DNA of 64,000 nt from a virus (Duplodnaviria > Caudoviricetes). Below the pieces are notes generated by a model. That model searched no databases. It saw nothing but the letters and a program-made list of their open reading frames with translations, and had not been told where the DNA came from. Shown in pieces: positions 55,132-64,000 of this stretch; the first letter of the stretch is position 1; every line of letters begins with the position of its first letter. The translations under genes and the position numbers were made by a program. Location: positions 1-64,000 of IMG/VR virus record IMGVR_UViG_3300027740_000003; one strand, given 5' to 3'.

Positions 55132-56873
55132 GCCTCTTCCTTCTTAGATGCTTCAGGTTTCCCAACCACATATGTCAACCAATTCTTAGCCCTAGTAATT
55201 GCGACATACATTAAGTGTGCCTCTTCTTCATTCGCATCCCTGGGTGCATACGTGTCCACTAATACATAAACGTGAGGCCTCTCCAAACCTTTGAAACGGT
55301 GCGTGCTAGAAAGTGTAATGCATTCCTTCCCATCTTTATCTTCCTTGTTCTCCTCAGGAGAAAACACATTGCACCTATCTAGAATTTCCTGAACAGATTT
55401 GACACTATTCAAAGCCGAATCCAAATCACTAGTTAATGCAACCACAGTCTCCCATTCATCCCTTAGCCTGTCCGCAGCTACTTTATAATCACTTTCCTTC
55501 TTGTTCTGGGAATGATGCCTAAGCCACTCATCATTATAATTCAATACCTCCTGTCCAGTAAACAACCCGCAAACCTCACCCTTCTCCACCAATACATCAT
55601 GTCGCCTCTTCCAACACTTGATCCGATACGAAAGCATCCTTCCATAATCCCGGCCAATAAACTTTACTTTCCTCTGCTGCTTTGCTAGCTGAAAAAATAC
55701 CCTAACCAATGGAGCATTGGTCCTGCTAATCAATACATCACCAGCCTCAATCTTCTCAAGCAACTCTTTGCATTCACATTTATCCACAATTCCCGCTGGT
55801 GCATTGGGCCTTGCCGTAATAATTGGATTAAATTGCTGAGCTTCGTTAATAATCAGTTCATCACACCTCCAGGAACAGGAAAGAGGCAAGCTAACACAAT
55901 TGAATTGCTCAACCATTTCTGGCAAAGCATTGCTGTCTGCACAAGCAAAGCCGAAAATTGCTTGGCAAATATCACCCACGATAAAAATTCTTCCCGAATC
56001 CTTAACGGACTTTGCAACAAGCTCTCGCCTTGCTTTGCTTAGGTCTTGACATTCATCAACAAAAACCTCATCATATTGGTCCACAGCCCAATCATTCACA
56101 ATGGGCAGCCAAATCTCGTCATCGAATGTCAACGCAGCTTTAACGAAAGTCTTTCCTCCTTTGCCTTGACAAATGGTTGTTCCGGCCCTATGCTTTGTGA
56201 ACTCCATGATCTTCAAAGCATACTTGACAAATTCCTTCCTATCATAACCGGTTTCAATATTAAACCGATCCATTAGCTTAATCATTCCTTGTGCACCACT
56301 TGTCAATGTCATCTTAGCTTTGGAGATCAGGTCCATCAAAGCATCTCTGTCATCAGCTTTTTCTTTCTCGGGGCCAAGTTCATTCTCTACCAACCCTCGC
56401 ATATAAGGACCAGAAGAATCCTGAACATCGAATTGCTTTCCTGCCCAGGCTTTCTTTAAGGAACGATAGCCAAGGCCATGACAGGTTAGAACATCAACAT
56501 TATTATATCCAGCAAGCCTTTTTGCTCCTTCTTCTTTGATGGAAACATTAAAAGCCACAAAGAGAATCTTGTGGCTTGGGTTCTTTTCGGAGCACCGAAT
56601 AATACTTTCTACAATGGAGGCCGTTTTTCCCGATCCAGCTACGGCCTCAATACAACCATTTCCTGTTCCATTCTCGACAAAGTCAAAAACAGTTTGGAAT
56701 TGTTCATTCCAGCCATCCTGTGGAACATATCTTGGAAGCCTTTCTTTTGATGCCTCTGGCTTGGCCCAGGAACGGCTTTTGATTCCTCCTGCCCCCTGGG
56801 GGCCGGACTTCTTGAAAGAGCTTCCAGCGGGCGGATAAGAGGCTTTGCGGGCAGCATTAGAATAATAGGCCAT
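55128..56873 (-). CDS. UvrD/Rep-family SF1 helicase
   Basis: AVAGSGKT, VAFN, VFVDECQD, VGDICQAIFGF, SWRC, STHRFKGLE, YVAITRAK. Confidence 0.92.
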   Translation of the reverse strand: MAYYSNAARKASYPPAGSSFKKSGPQGAGGIKSRSWAKPEASKERLPRYVPQDGWNEQFQTVFDFVENGTGNGCIEAVAGSGKTASIVESIIRCSEKNPSHKILFVAFNVSIKEEGAKRLAGYNNVDVLTCHGLGYRSLKKAWAGKQFDVQDSSGPYMRGLVENELGPEKEKADDRDALMDLISKAKMTLTSGAQGMIKLMDRFNIETGYDRKEFVKYALKIMEFTKHRAGTTICQGKGGKTFVKAALTFDDEIWLPIVNDWAVDQYDEVFVDECQDLSKARRELVAKSVKDSGRIFIVGDICQAIFGFACADSNALPEMVEQFNCVSLPLSCSWRCDELIINEAQQFNPIITARPNAPAGIVDKCECKELLEKIEAGDVLISRTNAPLVRVFFQLAKQQRKVKFIGRDYGRMLSYRIKCWKRRHDVLVEKGEVCGLFTGQEVLNYNDEWLRHHSQNKKESDYKVAADRLRDEWETVVALTSDLDSALNSVKSVQEILDRCNVFSPEENKEDKDGKECITLSSTHRFKGLERPHVYVLVDTYAPRDANEEEAHLMYVAITRAKNWLTYVVGKPEASKKEEA

Positions 56874-56986
56874 GGGATCCTTGGGGGTGTGGCGGGTGCA
56901 GCTGTGTCAGCCACAAGTGGCTGCTGGTGTAGCAACACCAGTATAGCCACTCTAGGGAGGGGCGCAAGTGTCGGAGATTGTTTATG

Positions 56987-57340
56987 TTATGGCCGCCAGC
57001 CTGCCGCCAGAGCCTCTCTCATCCAAGGTTTAGTGTCTTTTTCTAGCAACCCATCAGCAATTTTCTCTGTTGCCAGCAAGGCTTTTAGCGGATTTTTAAA
57101 AAACCTTGTTTTCTTTATTGTTCTGAAACGGTTTCTAGTTATAGGATAAAACGATACTTGACCAATATATCCTTTATCATTTCTATCCACTGAACAAAAA
57201 CAACTTTGCGGCCAAACAATGGTTTTAATATTTAATGTCCAGGAGCCATGTTGTAATGGCGGACTTGCCCAAAGATATTTGGTACCTTTTGGCGGAAAGT
57301 AATCTAATTTATATTCTCCACTCATTGTATTTTCTTTCAA
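56987..57340 (-). CDS. Hypothetical protein
   Basis: 117 aa ending WMREALAAGWRP. Confidence 0.6.
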   Translation of the reverse strand: MKENTMSGEYKLDYFPPKGTKYLWASPPLQHGSWTLNIKTIVWPQSCFCSVDRNDKGYIGQVSFYPITRNRFRTIKKTRFFKNPLKALLATEKIADGLLEKDTKPWMREALAAGWRP

Positions 57341-57849
57341 AAATATACAACAGATTGTTGTCGATTGGGGTATAGAATATTAAGGCCGCAGTTCTGGGCT
57401 TCTGGGAAGGTATCTAATGTATAATCATTTCCTTTTGTCTGGCGGGCATTTTTCTTGATATAATCACCACAAGCATCCTTAACAAGGAATACATTTATAG
57501 GTGTATTGTTAATGTGATAATAATTTTTCAAAGAATAAGCTGTTTCAAAAACACAAACACTAGATTGAACGCCACAGATTCTGACGTTATTATTTTGTAA
57601 TACTTTAACTACTTCATCGGAACCATCATCGGTAGTTTTTCTTACAAAGACTTTGTTAGTATATCCTTTGAGAGCTTTTAAAATGTAGTCGTTTGTCCTA
57701 CCATATCCAGCAAAATGGGCAACAACAATTTGCCTATTATATTTTCGGGCCAGAGCAATTTCTCTAAGGATAGGTTCCTTAAGAGAGGGTTGTCTTGCTG
57801 CCAAAAACCCCCGCTGCATATCAATAATAACTAAAGAATATGATTTCAT
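57337..57849 (-). CDS. Isochorismatase-family cysteine hydrolase
   Basis: IIDMQ, RKTTDDGS, ICGVQSSVCV, DACGD. Confidence 0.85.
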   Translation of the reverse strand: MKSYSLVIIDMQRGFLAARQPSLKEPILREIALARKYNRQIVVAHFAGYGRTNDYILKALKGYTNKVFVRKTTDDGSDEVVKVLQNNNVRICGVQSSVCVFETAYSLKNYYHINNTPINVFLVKDACGDYIKKNARQTKGNDYTLDTFPEAQNCGLNILYPNRQQSVVYF

Positions 57850-57852
57850 TAT

Positions 57853-58185
57853 TTAATCACCATCAGATAGTTCTTGTTCTTTTATTTCATAATAAATAAA
57901 AGAGGCATCGTCATTAAATTTCGTGAAATAATCATTTAATAAATATTCAAGAAGACTAAAGTTTGAAGATTTCAATGCAGCTTCTGCATGAAATAAAACT
58001 TCCTCGTAATCATCATTGTTGTCAATTCTTGAATTAAAATTATTTACAATATGAAACAAACATGCTAAAGCAGACGCTTTTGTGTTTTTGATATCAAGAG
58101 TAAAGTTTCCTGAGAAATCCTGATCAAAGAAGCAAACGATGTATACTTTTTTCATTTTATTTCCTTTCATTTTACACGTTAACAA
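57853..58185 (-). CDS. Hypothetical protein
   Basis: 110-aa ORF. Confidence 0.55.
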   Translation of the reverse strand: MLTCKMKGNKMKKVYIVCFFDQDFSGNFTLDIKNTKASALACLFHIVNNFNSRIDNNDDYEEVLFHAEAALKSSNFSLLEYLLNDYFTKFNDDASFIYYEIKEQELSDGD

Positions 58186-58679
58186 TTAAGCTGTAGTTCA
58201 TATAGGTCTTTCATAATTGGAGAATAGAAACATTTAGATTTAATAATATTTGTAATTCTTTGTTTTGCCGAAGTTTTAGACAAAGAGTTAAGATGTATCA
58301 TCTCTTGTTTAACAGCACCAATAGCATCTTGTGTTAAGATATTAATGCCTTTAGCGACATTGCACCATTCACACATAGTTTGCAGATTAGACAATACGTT
58401 TTCCCCACCAAAATAAACCGGAATAATATGATCTTTTGTCATCAAAACAAAAGACCCATCATCTCTTTTGGCATATAGATTAAAGAATGGAGCTCCATCG
58501 GTTTCGACATGTTTTTGCAGTTTGATTATAGTTCCTTTAATTCCACAACATACACAGCAAGGATTTCTTTTAAAGCATTGTAGTTTTAAAGAATTTCTGG
58601 ATATTTTATATTTGCCGTATTTAAATCTGTTTATTGATTCGAAGATTGATTCAGCACTATAAGTTTCTAGAGTAATCAT
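58179..58679 (-). CDS. HNH endonuclease-family protein, paralog of 24907..25377
   Basis: CCVCCG, MTKDHIIP..GG..NLQTMCEWCNVAKG. Confidence 0.85.
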   Translation of the reverse strand: MITLETYSAESIFESINRFKYGKYKISRNSLKLQCFKRNPCCVCCGIKGTIIKLQKHVETDGAPFFNLYAKRDDGSFVLMTKDHIIPVYFGGENVLSNLQTMCEWCNVAKGINILTQDAIGAVKQEMIHLNSLSKTSAKQRITNIIKSKCFYSPIMKDLYELQLNC

Positions 58680-58827
58680 ATATTATGGGCGGGGGAATAT
58701 TGTTTCCAAGTTTTCAATAAGCCCAATAACCCAAGGGGCAAAAATACTTTCAACCAAATAGGTGTAAGGTTGAAGAGGAGTTCCTATGCAATAACTTCGA
58801 ATTATTCTACTCAATGATTCTTGTTCT

Positions 58828-59160
58828 TCATTTGTCAGTTTCATTTTCCAAACCTCCATTAGGACAGGTCCAGCCTTGAATATAGCCTTTAGGATATTTA
58901 TATTTCAATTCAATTAGCACGGCTACAAGATTGTCATAATCATTGCTAGAAACAATTAGACCAAAACGTCCAGGCTCTTGAACAACACAGAATCCTCTTA
59001 CAAGTAGAAATCCAATTATTTTATTGAAAACCCTTTTAGTTGTTTCTACATGTGCTGAGTATTTTTTATTCTTCATCCCAGTCTTCTTCTTTCGGAGCCT
59101 TCTCTTCTTTAGTATCCAATCCGGAATGAGTGCCGGCACCAGAATGCAAAATAGCAGCAA
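58828..59160 (-). CDS. Hypothetical protein (true start probably at MKNKKY)
   Basis: ORF track; N-terminal part overlaps the neighbour. Confidence 0.45.
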   Translation of the reverse strand: MLLFCILVPALIPDWILKKRRLRKKKTGMKNKKYSAHVETTKRVFNKIIGFLLVRGFCVVQEPGRFGLIVSSNDYDNLVAVLIELKYKYPKGYIQGWTCPNGGLENETDK

Positions 59161-59248
59161 GACAGGCAGAACTTCTCACCCGCAATTTGCTGCGTCGCTT
59201 TTTAACTCTACGTATCTTTGCCTTCCGGCTTAATCTGTTCTGGGACAT
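59066..59248 (-). CDS. Small highly basic protein
   Basis: RLSRKAKIRRVKKRRSKLRVR. Confidence 0.5.
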   Translation of the reverse strand: MSQNRLSRKAKIRRVKKRRSKLRVRSSACLAAILHSGAGTHSGLDTKEEKAPKEEDWDEE

Positions 59249-59610
59249 TAGTTAATTCCATAATCATATATTTTCAATCTTCTTTTGGAATCATAACCAA
59301 CCTGGGCACAATCAACATAATCGGTCCACCTAGGAAGATTATTCCTACTACCAACATCAATGTCTAATTTTTCCATTACAAGAATATGTGGCCCACACAT
59401 TCTACATCTTGCATATGGCCAGTCTTTATGTCGTTTAAAAGCAAACGCTTCGTGCCAATTATCATGCAAACCAGATTCACATGTTGGAATTTTTGCTACA
59501 TATCCTTTGCTAAGGTCATATGTTTTTCTAAACCTTCCCTCACCAATAATAGGAAACCTACTACTAAAGTAGGCCTCTAGTTTTTCCAGCTCAATACTAA
59601 GTTCTTCCAT
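59248..59610 (-). CDS. Minimal protein-kinase-like domain
   Basis: IGEGRFRKTY, VAKIP, NWHE, VMEKL, DCAQVG, IYDYG. Confidence 0.55.
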   Translation of the reverse strand: MEELSIELEKLEAYFSSRFPIIGEGRFRKTYDLSKGYVAKIPTCESGLHDNWHEAFAFKRHKDWPYARCRMCGPHILVMEKLDIDVGSRNNLPRWTDYVDCAQVGYDSKRRLKIYDYGIN

Positions 59611-59819
59611 AACAAATGGGTAGTGTATTCTAACAGCCTCTAAGAAAGCACACCTTTATGAACAACATGGTTTGATGACGAACGAGCAGAAGATTGTTCA
59701 CAAATATAGAGGTTCCCCATGTTAGTCTTACGACATTTTTAGATGCTAGCCAAAACATATTAACCGAAACTAATTTGCTCAGGGCAACACCTAAAATTAT
59801 TTTTTCCTTTTTGGTCTTA

Positions 59820-60272
59820 CTACCTTGTGCTATATTCTTTCTTTGCAATCCTAATTAGAGAGAAAAGATCCTTATTTGACAGTTGTTTAATTTGCTCGTT
59901 GGCAGTAATTTCAAATACTGACGGCCTCAGTCCAATCTTGTAATTCTTCTTCCTAATTCCTTTCCTAAGCCAGTCAGGGATTTTATCATTTAAATCTACA
60001 ACGTCAAATTTAAACATATACTCTACTAGAGCTGTGTTTAGAACATCGTTCCAATCACCATTGCAAATAAACTCAATTCTAGATTTAGAAATAAGTTTTG
60101 CTTCAGCTTTCATTCTTCCATTTTTCTTCGTAAAAGTGTCCTCCAAAGAACAGAAAGCAAATGCCGCAACATGCTTCCCAGTCGTATCTCCCTTCTCAGG
60201 TCGGCTAATTGCCACCGTAAGATACCCATTGCCCTTGTTTGTTGGGAAAACTACATAACCATACTTTACCAT
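59820..60272 (-). CDS. Hypothetical protein
   Basis: AFAFCSLEDTFTKKNGR motif. Confidence 0.6.
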   Translation of the reverse strand: MVKYGYVVFPTNKGNGYLTVAISRPEKGDTTGKHVAAFAFCSLEDTFTKKNGRMKAEAKLISKSRIEFICNGDWNDVLNTALVEYMFKFDVVDLNDKIPDWLRKGIRKKNYKIGLRPSVFEITANEQIKQLSNKDLFSLIRIAKKEYSTR

Positions 60273-60290
60273 TGTTTTATTCCTTTCTTT

Positions 60291-60575
60291 CTAGATTAGA
60301 TCGATTTCTTTCATTTGATAGAATGTCAAATGTAATTTTTGAGAAAACTCAACAGCATTAACAATCAATTTGTTATTATCTACTTCTACATCTGAGTCTT
60401 TTTTAATTTGGATTAATTCATACTCGTCAAGAATGAGAAGCAAATCCTCATCAGGATCTTTCAGATGATCTTCAGAAATAGTAGCATTGCCCACAAATTT
60501 TGTTCCATTACAAGTGCAAACTGCAACAGTTCCAGTTTGAGGAAAAACTTTGTTAAAAATATCAATTGCCTTCAT
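60291..60575 (-). CDS. Hypothetical protein
   Basis: 94 aa behind a promoter and GGGAG RBS. Confidence 0.65.
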   Translation of the reverse strand: MKAIDIFNKVFPQTGTVAVCTCNGTKFVGNATISEDHLKDPDEDLLLILDEYELIQIKKDSDVEVDNNKLIVNAVEFSQKLHLTFYQMKEIDLI

Positions 60576-60600
60576 TTGCCATCACTCCCGTCAGAAGCAC

Positions 60601-60628
60601 AATATAAGGCTCACTTGGCCGTTGTCAA
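60601..60628 (-). promoter_or_regulatory. sigma70-type promoter
   Basis: TTGACA-16-TATATT, GGCC-rich flanks. Confidence 0.65.
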
Positions 60629-60647
60629 CAACTTCGGCCGGCCGGAC

Positions 60648-60893
60648 TCACTTGGATACTTTAGCTTCCTGTTTTAGCCGCTCGCCAAACTTAATCAAAT
60701 CATCTGCTAATTCTTCTAATTGTTTTTCATTGTTAACCCAGATAAAATCTGCACGACATGGGTTCTCAATACAAAAATCACCTTCCGGACCTTTGCTTAT
60801 AAAGTTTGCCAGGAAGAGCTTCTTAAAATTAGAATAGTTCTGATGGCTTGACATTGTTTTGTCTTTCTCAACAATCAAATTACTGCAAGACAA
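60648..60893 (-). CDS. Hypothetical protein
   Basis: 81-aa ORF. Confidence 0.5.
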   Translation of the reverse strand: MSCSNLIVEKDKTMSSHQNYSNFKKLFLANFISKGPEGDFCIENPCRADFIWVNNEKQLEELADDLIKFGERLKQEAKVSK

Positions 60894-61735
60894 CTATAGA
60901 ATTCTTCTGGTGAAGTTATAATACTTGCCGTGCCACCATCATTTAATTCAATTATTGTCCAAGATCCGTTGGTTGTTTCAGCTACATCAACGGCAAAAAA
61001 CATACTGGAAACAAAAGGAATAATATTTTCTACAAATTGTTGTGGTGGTTTTTCTGAATTAGAATAATCTCGACTGTCCCAGCGAATACTTTGTGTTAAT
61101 ATTTTCCCTTTATAAACGAACAAACGATGCTCATTTGGTAGAGGAAGATCCGTTTTAGGATGTTTTCCACTGCATTTCAGAGGAACATATTCTCTAAAAA
61201 CAAGCCCTCCTTCTAGATCACAAGATTGCAATCGAAGAAAATTGTTCACTACCCGTTTAATATCAACGGAACTAGATGCAGACGGTATATAACAAGCATC
61301 CTCCCATTCATAACACCGACTTTTTACATAGTCTTTAACTATAAGAGGTTTATCTCCAAACTCAGAAGCAAGTTTACTAACAATCTCGTCTAAATCAAAT
61401 TTAGACCCGGGAAACCAAATTGATTTTGGAGTATTTTTTACACCTAATCTAGGATACCAACAAGGGAACTGATTACAGAATTGGTATTCTTCTAGTTTGG
61501 TAATTAAATTCTTTCCACAATTATTAACACCATCAGCCATTTTTGCATAGTTGTCTAACGATAAAATCCATCCACGATAAAGAACATCTCCTGGGCCAAT
61601 CGGAAGATTATTTTTTCCACCATCACATACTAAACCAACATCAAAACCCGCCTTCTTGGCCGCCTCTATTTCTTTCAAAAAGAACTGGTCTGGATTCTTT
61701 TTAAGAATAGGATCTGTAGGAAATAAAATATACAT
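60875..61735 (-). CDS. ATP-grasp domain protein (R2K-type)
   Basis: LYRGWIL, TPKSIW, IVKDYVKS, GGLVFREYV, EHRLF, FAVDVA, IIELNDG. Confidence 0.8.
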   Translation of the reverse strand: MYILFPTDPILKKNPDQFFLKEIEAAKKAGFDVGLVCDGGKNNLPIGPGDVLYRGWILSLDNYAKMADGVNNCGKNLITKLEEYQFCNQFPCWYPRLGVKNTPKSIWFPGSKFDLDEIVSKLASEFGDKPLIVKDYVKSRCYEWEDACYIPSASSSVDIKRVVNNFLRLQSCDLEGGLVFREYVPLKCSGKHPKTDLPLPNEHRLFVYKGKILTQSIRWDSRDYSNSEKPPQQFVENIIPFVSSMFFAVDVAETTNGSWTIIELNDGGTASIITSPEEFYSCLAVI

Positions 61736-61906
61736 TTTTTAACTACCTATTAGAAATCAACATCCTTGCTGCGCCTTCAGTAGAAAGACCGTTATCAAAC
61801 AACCCTCTAATTCTTTCGTCATTATTGCAAACATCAGATAAACATATTCCAGCTATAAACTGAACCTGTTTGTCTAACTCCGCTTTCCACTTAAGATATT
61901 TTTTAA

Positions 61907-62677
61907 TCATATTGTAAATACTTTTGCAATAGCTGGGTTTCTATATTCAGCTGCCCCGACAAACATTATCATATTATGAGACACGCGATAGGTATATGGC
62001 TTGTGCCTATGTCCTGCAAGGATTGTAAAAGAAGTTTCTGGGAAATCAGCAGCAATATCTGCTAGTTTATTTCCCATTGAGATGTGAACGAACCAAGGAT
62101 CCCATACTCCATCTTTTCTTTCAGGGTCTGGAAAAGGTGGCACATGAGTTGCAAAGTAGATATTTTTGTATTGCTTTGCAATATTTCTGATTTGAAAATC
62201 AGCCTGTTGTGCCAACGTATCAGCTTCTACTTTTGATAGCCTAATGATTTCATCTTTATGGCAAAATTTAAATTCTTCAATTACATGATGGTCGGTCATA
62301 TCTAAAAGATAAGGATTTTCCCCACAACGACAATCATACCATCCATCTGAGCCAACAAGAATTGTTTCATTGTTTAAAACGACTGGTTGGCAAGGAAGAT
62401 AGAAAAGGTTTTCCGTATATTTGCTTATCTTTTTTGCAAGCTCCCTGGTTCCACTAATAGAATTTCCATAACAACAATGATTGCCATTTACAAAATAAAT
62501 AGGCTTCTCAAATCCATCAGCAAGCTCACACAAATTATACTCTAAAGAAGTAGATTCTGCTGTGTCTCCAGTAATAACCAACACATCACCGTGTTTAGAC
62601 AGTTCTTTTCCGAATTCTTTAGGGAAAGATGGAGGTAGAAAATTAAGATGTAGATCTGTACAATGAATAAGTTTCAT
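61907..62677 (-). CDS. Calcineurin-like metallophosphoesterase
   Basis: TDLHL, VITGD, NGNH, THVPP, AGHRH. Confidence 0.88.
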   Translation of the reverse strand: MKLIHCTDLHLNFLPPSFPKEFGKELSKHGDVLVITGDTAESTSLEYNLCELADGFEKPIYFVNGNHCCYGNSISGTRELAKKISKYTENLFYLPCQPVVLNNETILVGSDGWYDCRCGENPYLLDMTDHHVIEEFKFCHKDEIIRLSKVEADTLAQQADFQIRNIAKQYKNIYFATHVPPFPDPERKDGVWDPWFVHISMGNKLADIAADFPETSFTILAGHRHKPYTYRVSHNMIMFVGAAEYRNPAIAKVFTI

Positions 62678-62866
62678 TTTCTAAATTTTCTTTTCTCATC
62701 ATCGGTTAGAACTGGATAGCTTTTGATTTCAAAAGCAACATTCTCTCCTTTAATGCTTGCACGAAGATCAAGTTCATACTGTGTACAATCAGGACAACGA
62801 CATTTACAATCATAATTGTGAGGAATATAATTTTGGAACTGCATAATAATATTCTTTTTTATTGCT

Positions 62867-63325
62867 TTATTTTGGAACAGGAAACAAAATGTATCCGTTA
62901 TCTACTAACAGTTTTCTTATTCTATCATATCCTGTTCTGTCTTGAAGAGCTTTAAGAATTATAACTTGGCTTTCTTTTTTTGGACCGGACCAATAAATTG
63001 CATCGTGAACTAGGTTTAATACATATCTTTCTTCAGAGACTCTCGAAGCTTCACATCTAAACTCTAATTCGTTTAATAAATCTTCTTGGTTCAAATAAAA
63101 TAGTTCACTATAAAAACCGTCTGTCAAATGATGGATTTTGTGAAAAAACTCTTTGGCCGACAAATGATCAATAGGCTCAAGTTCACCACAAATCTTGCAT
63201 CTCCAATACCTAGACTTGAATGTTCCAAACCAGAAAATTATAAGTTTTCTTTTAATCCTAGAAAACATTCTTTTACCAAACATTATTAAAACTCCAGAAT
63301 ATCTAGAATATCTTCTGTATCCCAA
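62867..63325 (-). CDS. Hypothetical protein
   Basis: WRCKICGE...H motif. Confidence 0.55.
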   Translation of the reverse strand: MGYRRYSRYSGVLIMFGKRMFSRIKRKLIIFWFGTFKSRYWRCKICGELEPIDHLSAKEFFHKIHHLTDGFYSELFYLNQEDLLNELEFRCEASRVSEERYVLNLVHDAIYWSGPKKESQVIILKALQDRTGYDRIRKLLVDNGYILFPVPK

Positions 63326-63579
63326 CAGTCCCTATATGATCTGCTAATCGGATTATAAATCTCTCGATATGTTTGAGGATGATTACGTTCCGAATCTGGC
63401 TCAGTCCATTCTGACAATTCCTCAACCGTTTTTCCAACCAACCCAATTTTAGAATATGCTCCGCCAAGTTTTTGAACATCAACAACTTTATTATTAGCAA
63501 TTGTTAAAATGAATTCCGAATGGCACTCATCGTCCAGCACATTGTCAGAAATCCTAGCTTTAATAGTTGCTGTTCTCAT
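63286..63579 (-). CDS. Hypothetical protein
   Basis: 97-aa ORF. Confidence 0.55.
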   Translation of the reverse strand: MRTATIKARISDNVLDDECHSEFILTIANNKVVDVQKLGGAYSKIGLVGKTVEELSEWTEPDSERNHPQTYREIYNPISRSYRDCWDTEDILDILEF

Positions 63580-63956
63580 GTGTTCCTTTTATAAATTTTA
63601 ACTGGAAGAATTTGTTTCTTTCCATCAACTACGACTTCTTTTTCCTCAATATAAAATACTAAATCGGCCGCCACGGTTGCCGCAACGGTTGGTTTTATTT
63701 CTTCCTGCACTTGTTCTTTAGGATACTTGTTTTTGCGTCCTCTAGAATCCTCATCTGATAATGTTTTATAACCAAGACAGGCCCGAATAAATTCTCCAAA
63801 CTGGAAATTGTCCAACGCGGAATCAGGAAAAACCCTGCCGTTTATTTCAACAAGAAGATCTGGAACAAAATTCTTAACTTCTTCTTTTGTTGCATTTTTC
63901 GGCGGTTTGGTTAATCCCAAGATGCCTACGTTAAACAATCCAGCGGTTTTTATCAT
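63576..63956 (-). CDS. Hypothetical protein
   Basis: 126-aa ORF. Confidence 0.55.
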   Translation of the reverse strand: MIKTAGLFNVGILGLTKPPKNATKEEVKNFVPDLLVEINGRVFPDSALDNFQFGEFIRACLGYKTLSDEDSRGRKNKYPKEQVQEEIKPTVAATVAADLVFYIEEKEVVVDGKKQILPVKIYKRNT

Positions 63957-64000
63957 GCGTTCCTTTTAATTTTTCAAAGTATTCTTGGTTAGAGATACAT

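Noticed and set aside
1-56873. Inteins or introns in ligA, nadE or the helicase
   Set aside because: Lengths and motif spacing are normal with no insertion evident.
56881-56967. Riboswitch in the GC-rich leader of the helicase (two short hairpins)
   Set aside because: One hairpin overlaps the predicted TSS of a TTGCGC-16-TATACT promoter and the rest matches no motif I recognise.
625-63579. Numerous short plus-strand or alternate-frame ORFs in the track (e.g. 726..1046, 3809..4189, 33633..34205, 34847..35311)
   Set aside because: They lie antisense to or inside well-supported genes and show no motifs; treated as shadow ORFs.
1-64000. CRISPR array
   Set aside because: No run of three or more equal-length repeats with unique spacers; the 452-bp repeat and the two-unit hairpin element do not fit.
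1-64000. Stop-codon reassignment as in some large phages
   Set aside because: Long intact genes in the standard code, and TAA, TAG and TGA all occur at tight gene junctions.
1-64000. Bacterial chromosome origin
   Set aside because: rIIA/rIIB, dense ORFans, single-strand gene orientation and scattered single metabolic genes favour a phage; a plasmid or prophage state cannot be excluded from this window.

Overview
A 64-kb, AT-rich, gene-dense segment that is almost certainly from a large (jumbo-type) dsDNA bacteriophage: nearly all genes are on the minus strand, most small ORFs have no recognisable family, rIIA/rIIB and two RNA ligases are present, and there are no ribosomal or structural genes. 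It reads as an early/accessory (host-takeover and counter-defence) region driven by about 15 near-consensus TTGACA-N16-18-TAnnnT promoters. Recognisable cargo: NAD-dependent DNA ligase, Ku, UvrD-like helicase, a deamidating NAD salvage set (PncA-like, PncB, glutamine-dependent NadE, NADAR, a deoxyribosyltransferase-NUDIX fusion), TerY-P-like vWA/PP2C/kinase genes, an ABC transporter whose binding protein is fused to OmpA next to a PspA-like gene, and tRNA-Ile2(CAU) directly upstream of tilS. The two most unusual signals are (1) a pair of tandem, covarying structured non-coding elements immediately downstream of a ROT/TROVE-like-TerD gene (candidate new RNP system) and (2) a shared C-terminal peptide tag, [DE]ExxIKDII[ET]-stop, on ten ORFs most of which are otherwise unrelated. 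All family assignments are from motif recognition by eye; no database search was run.
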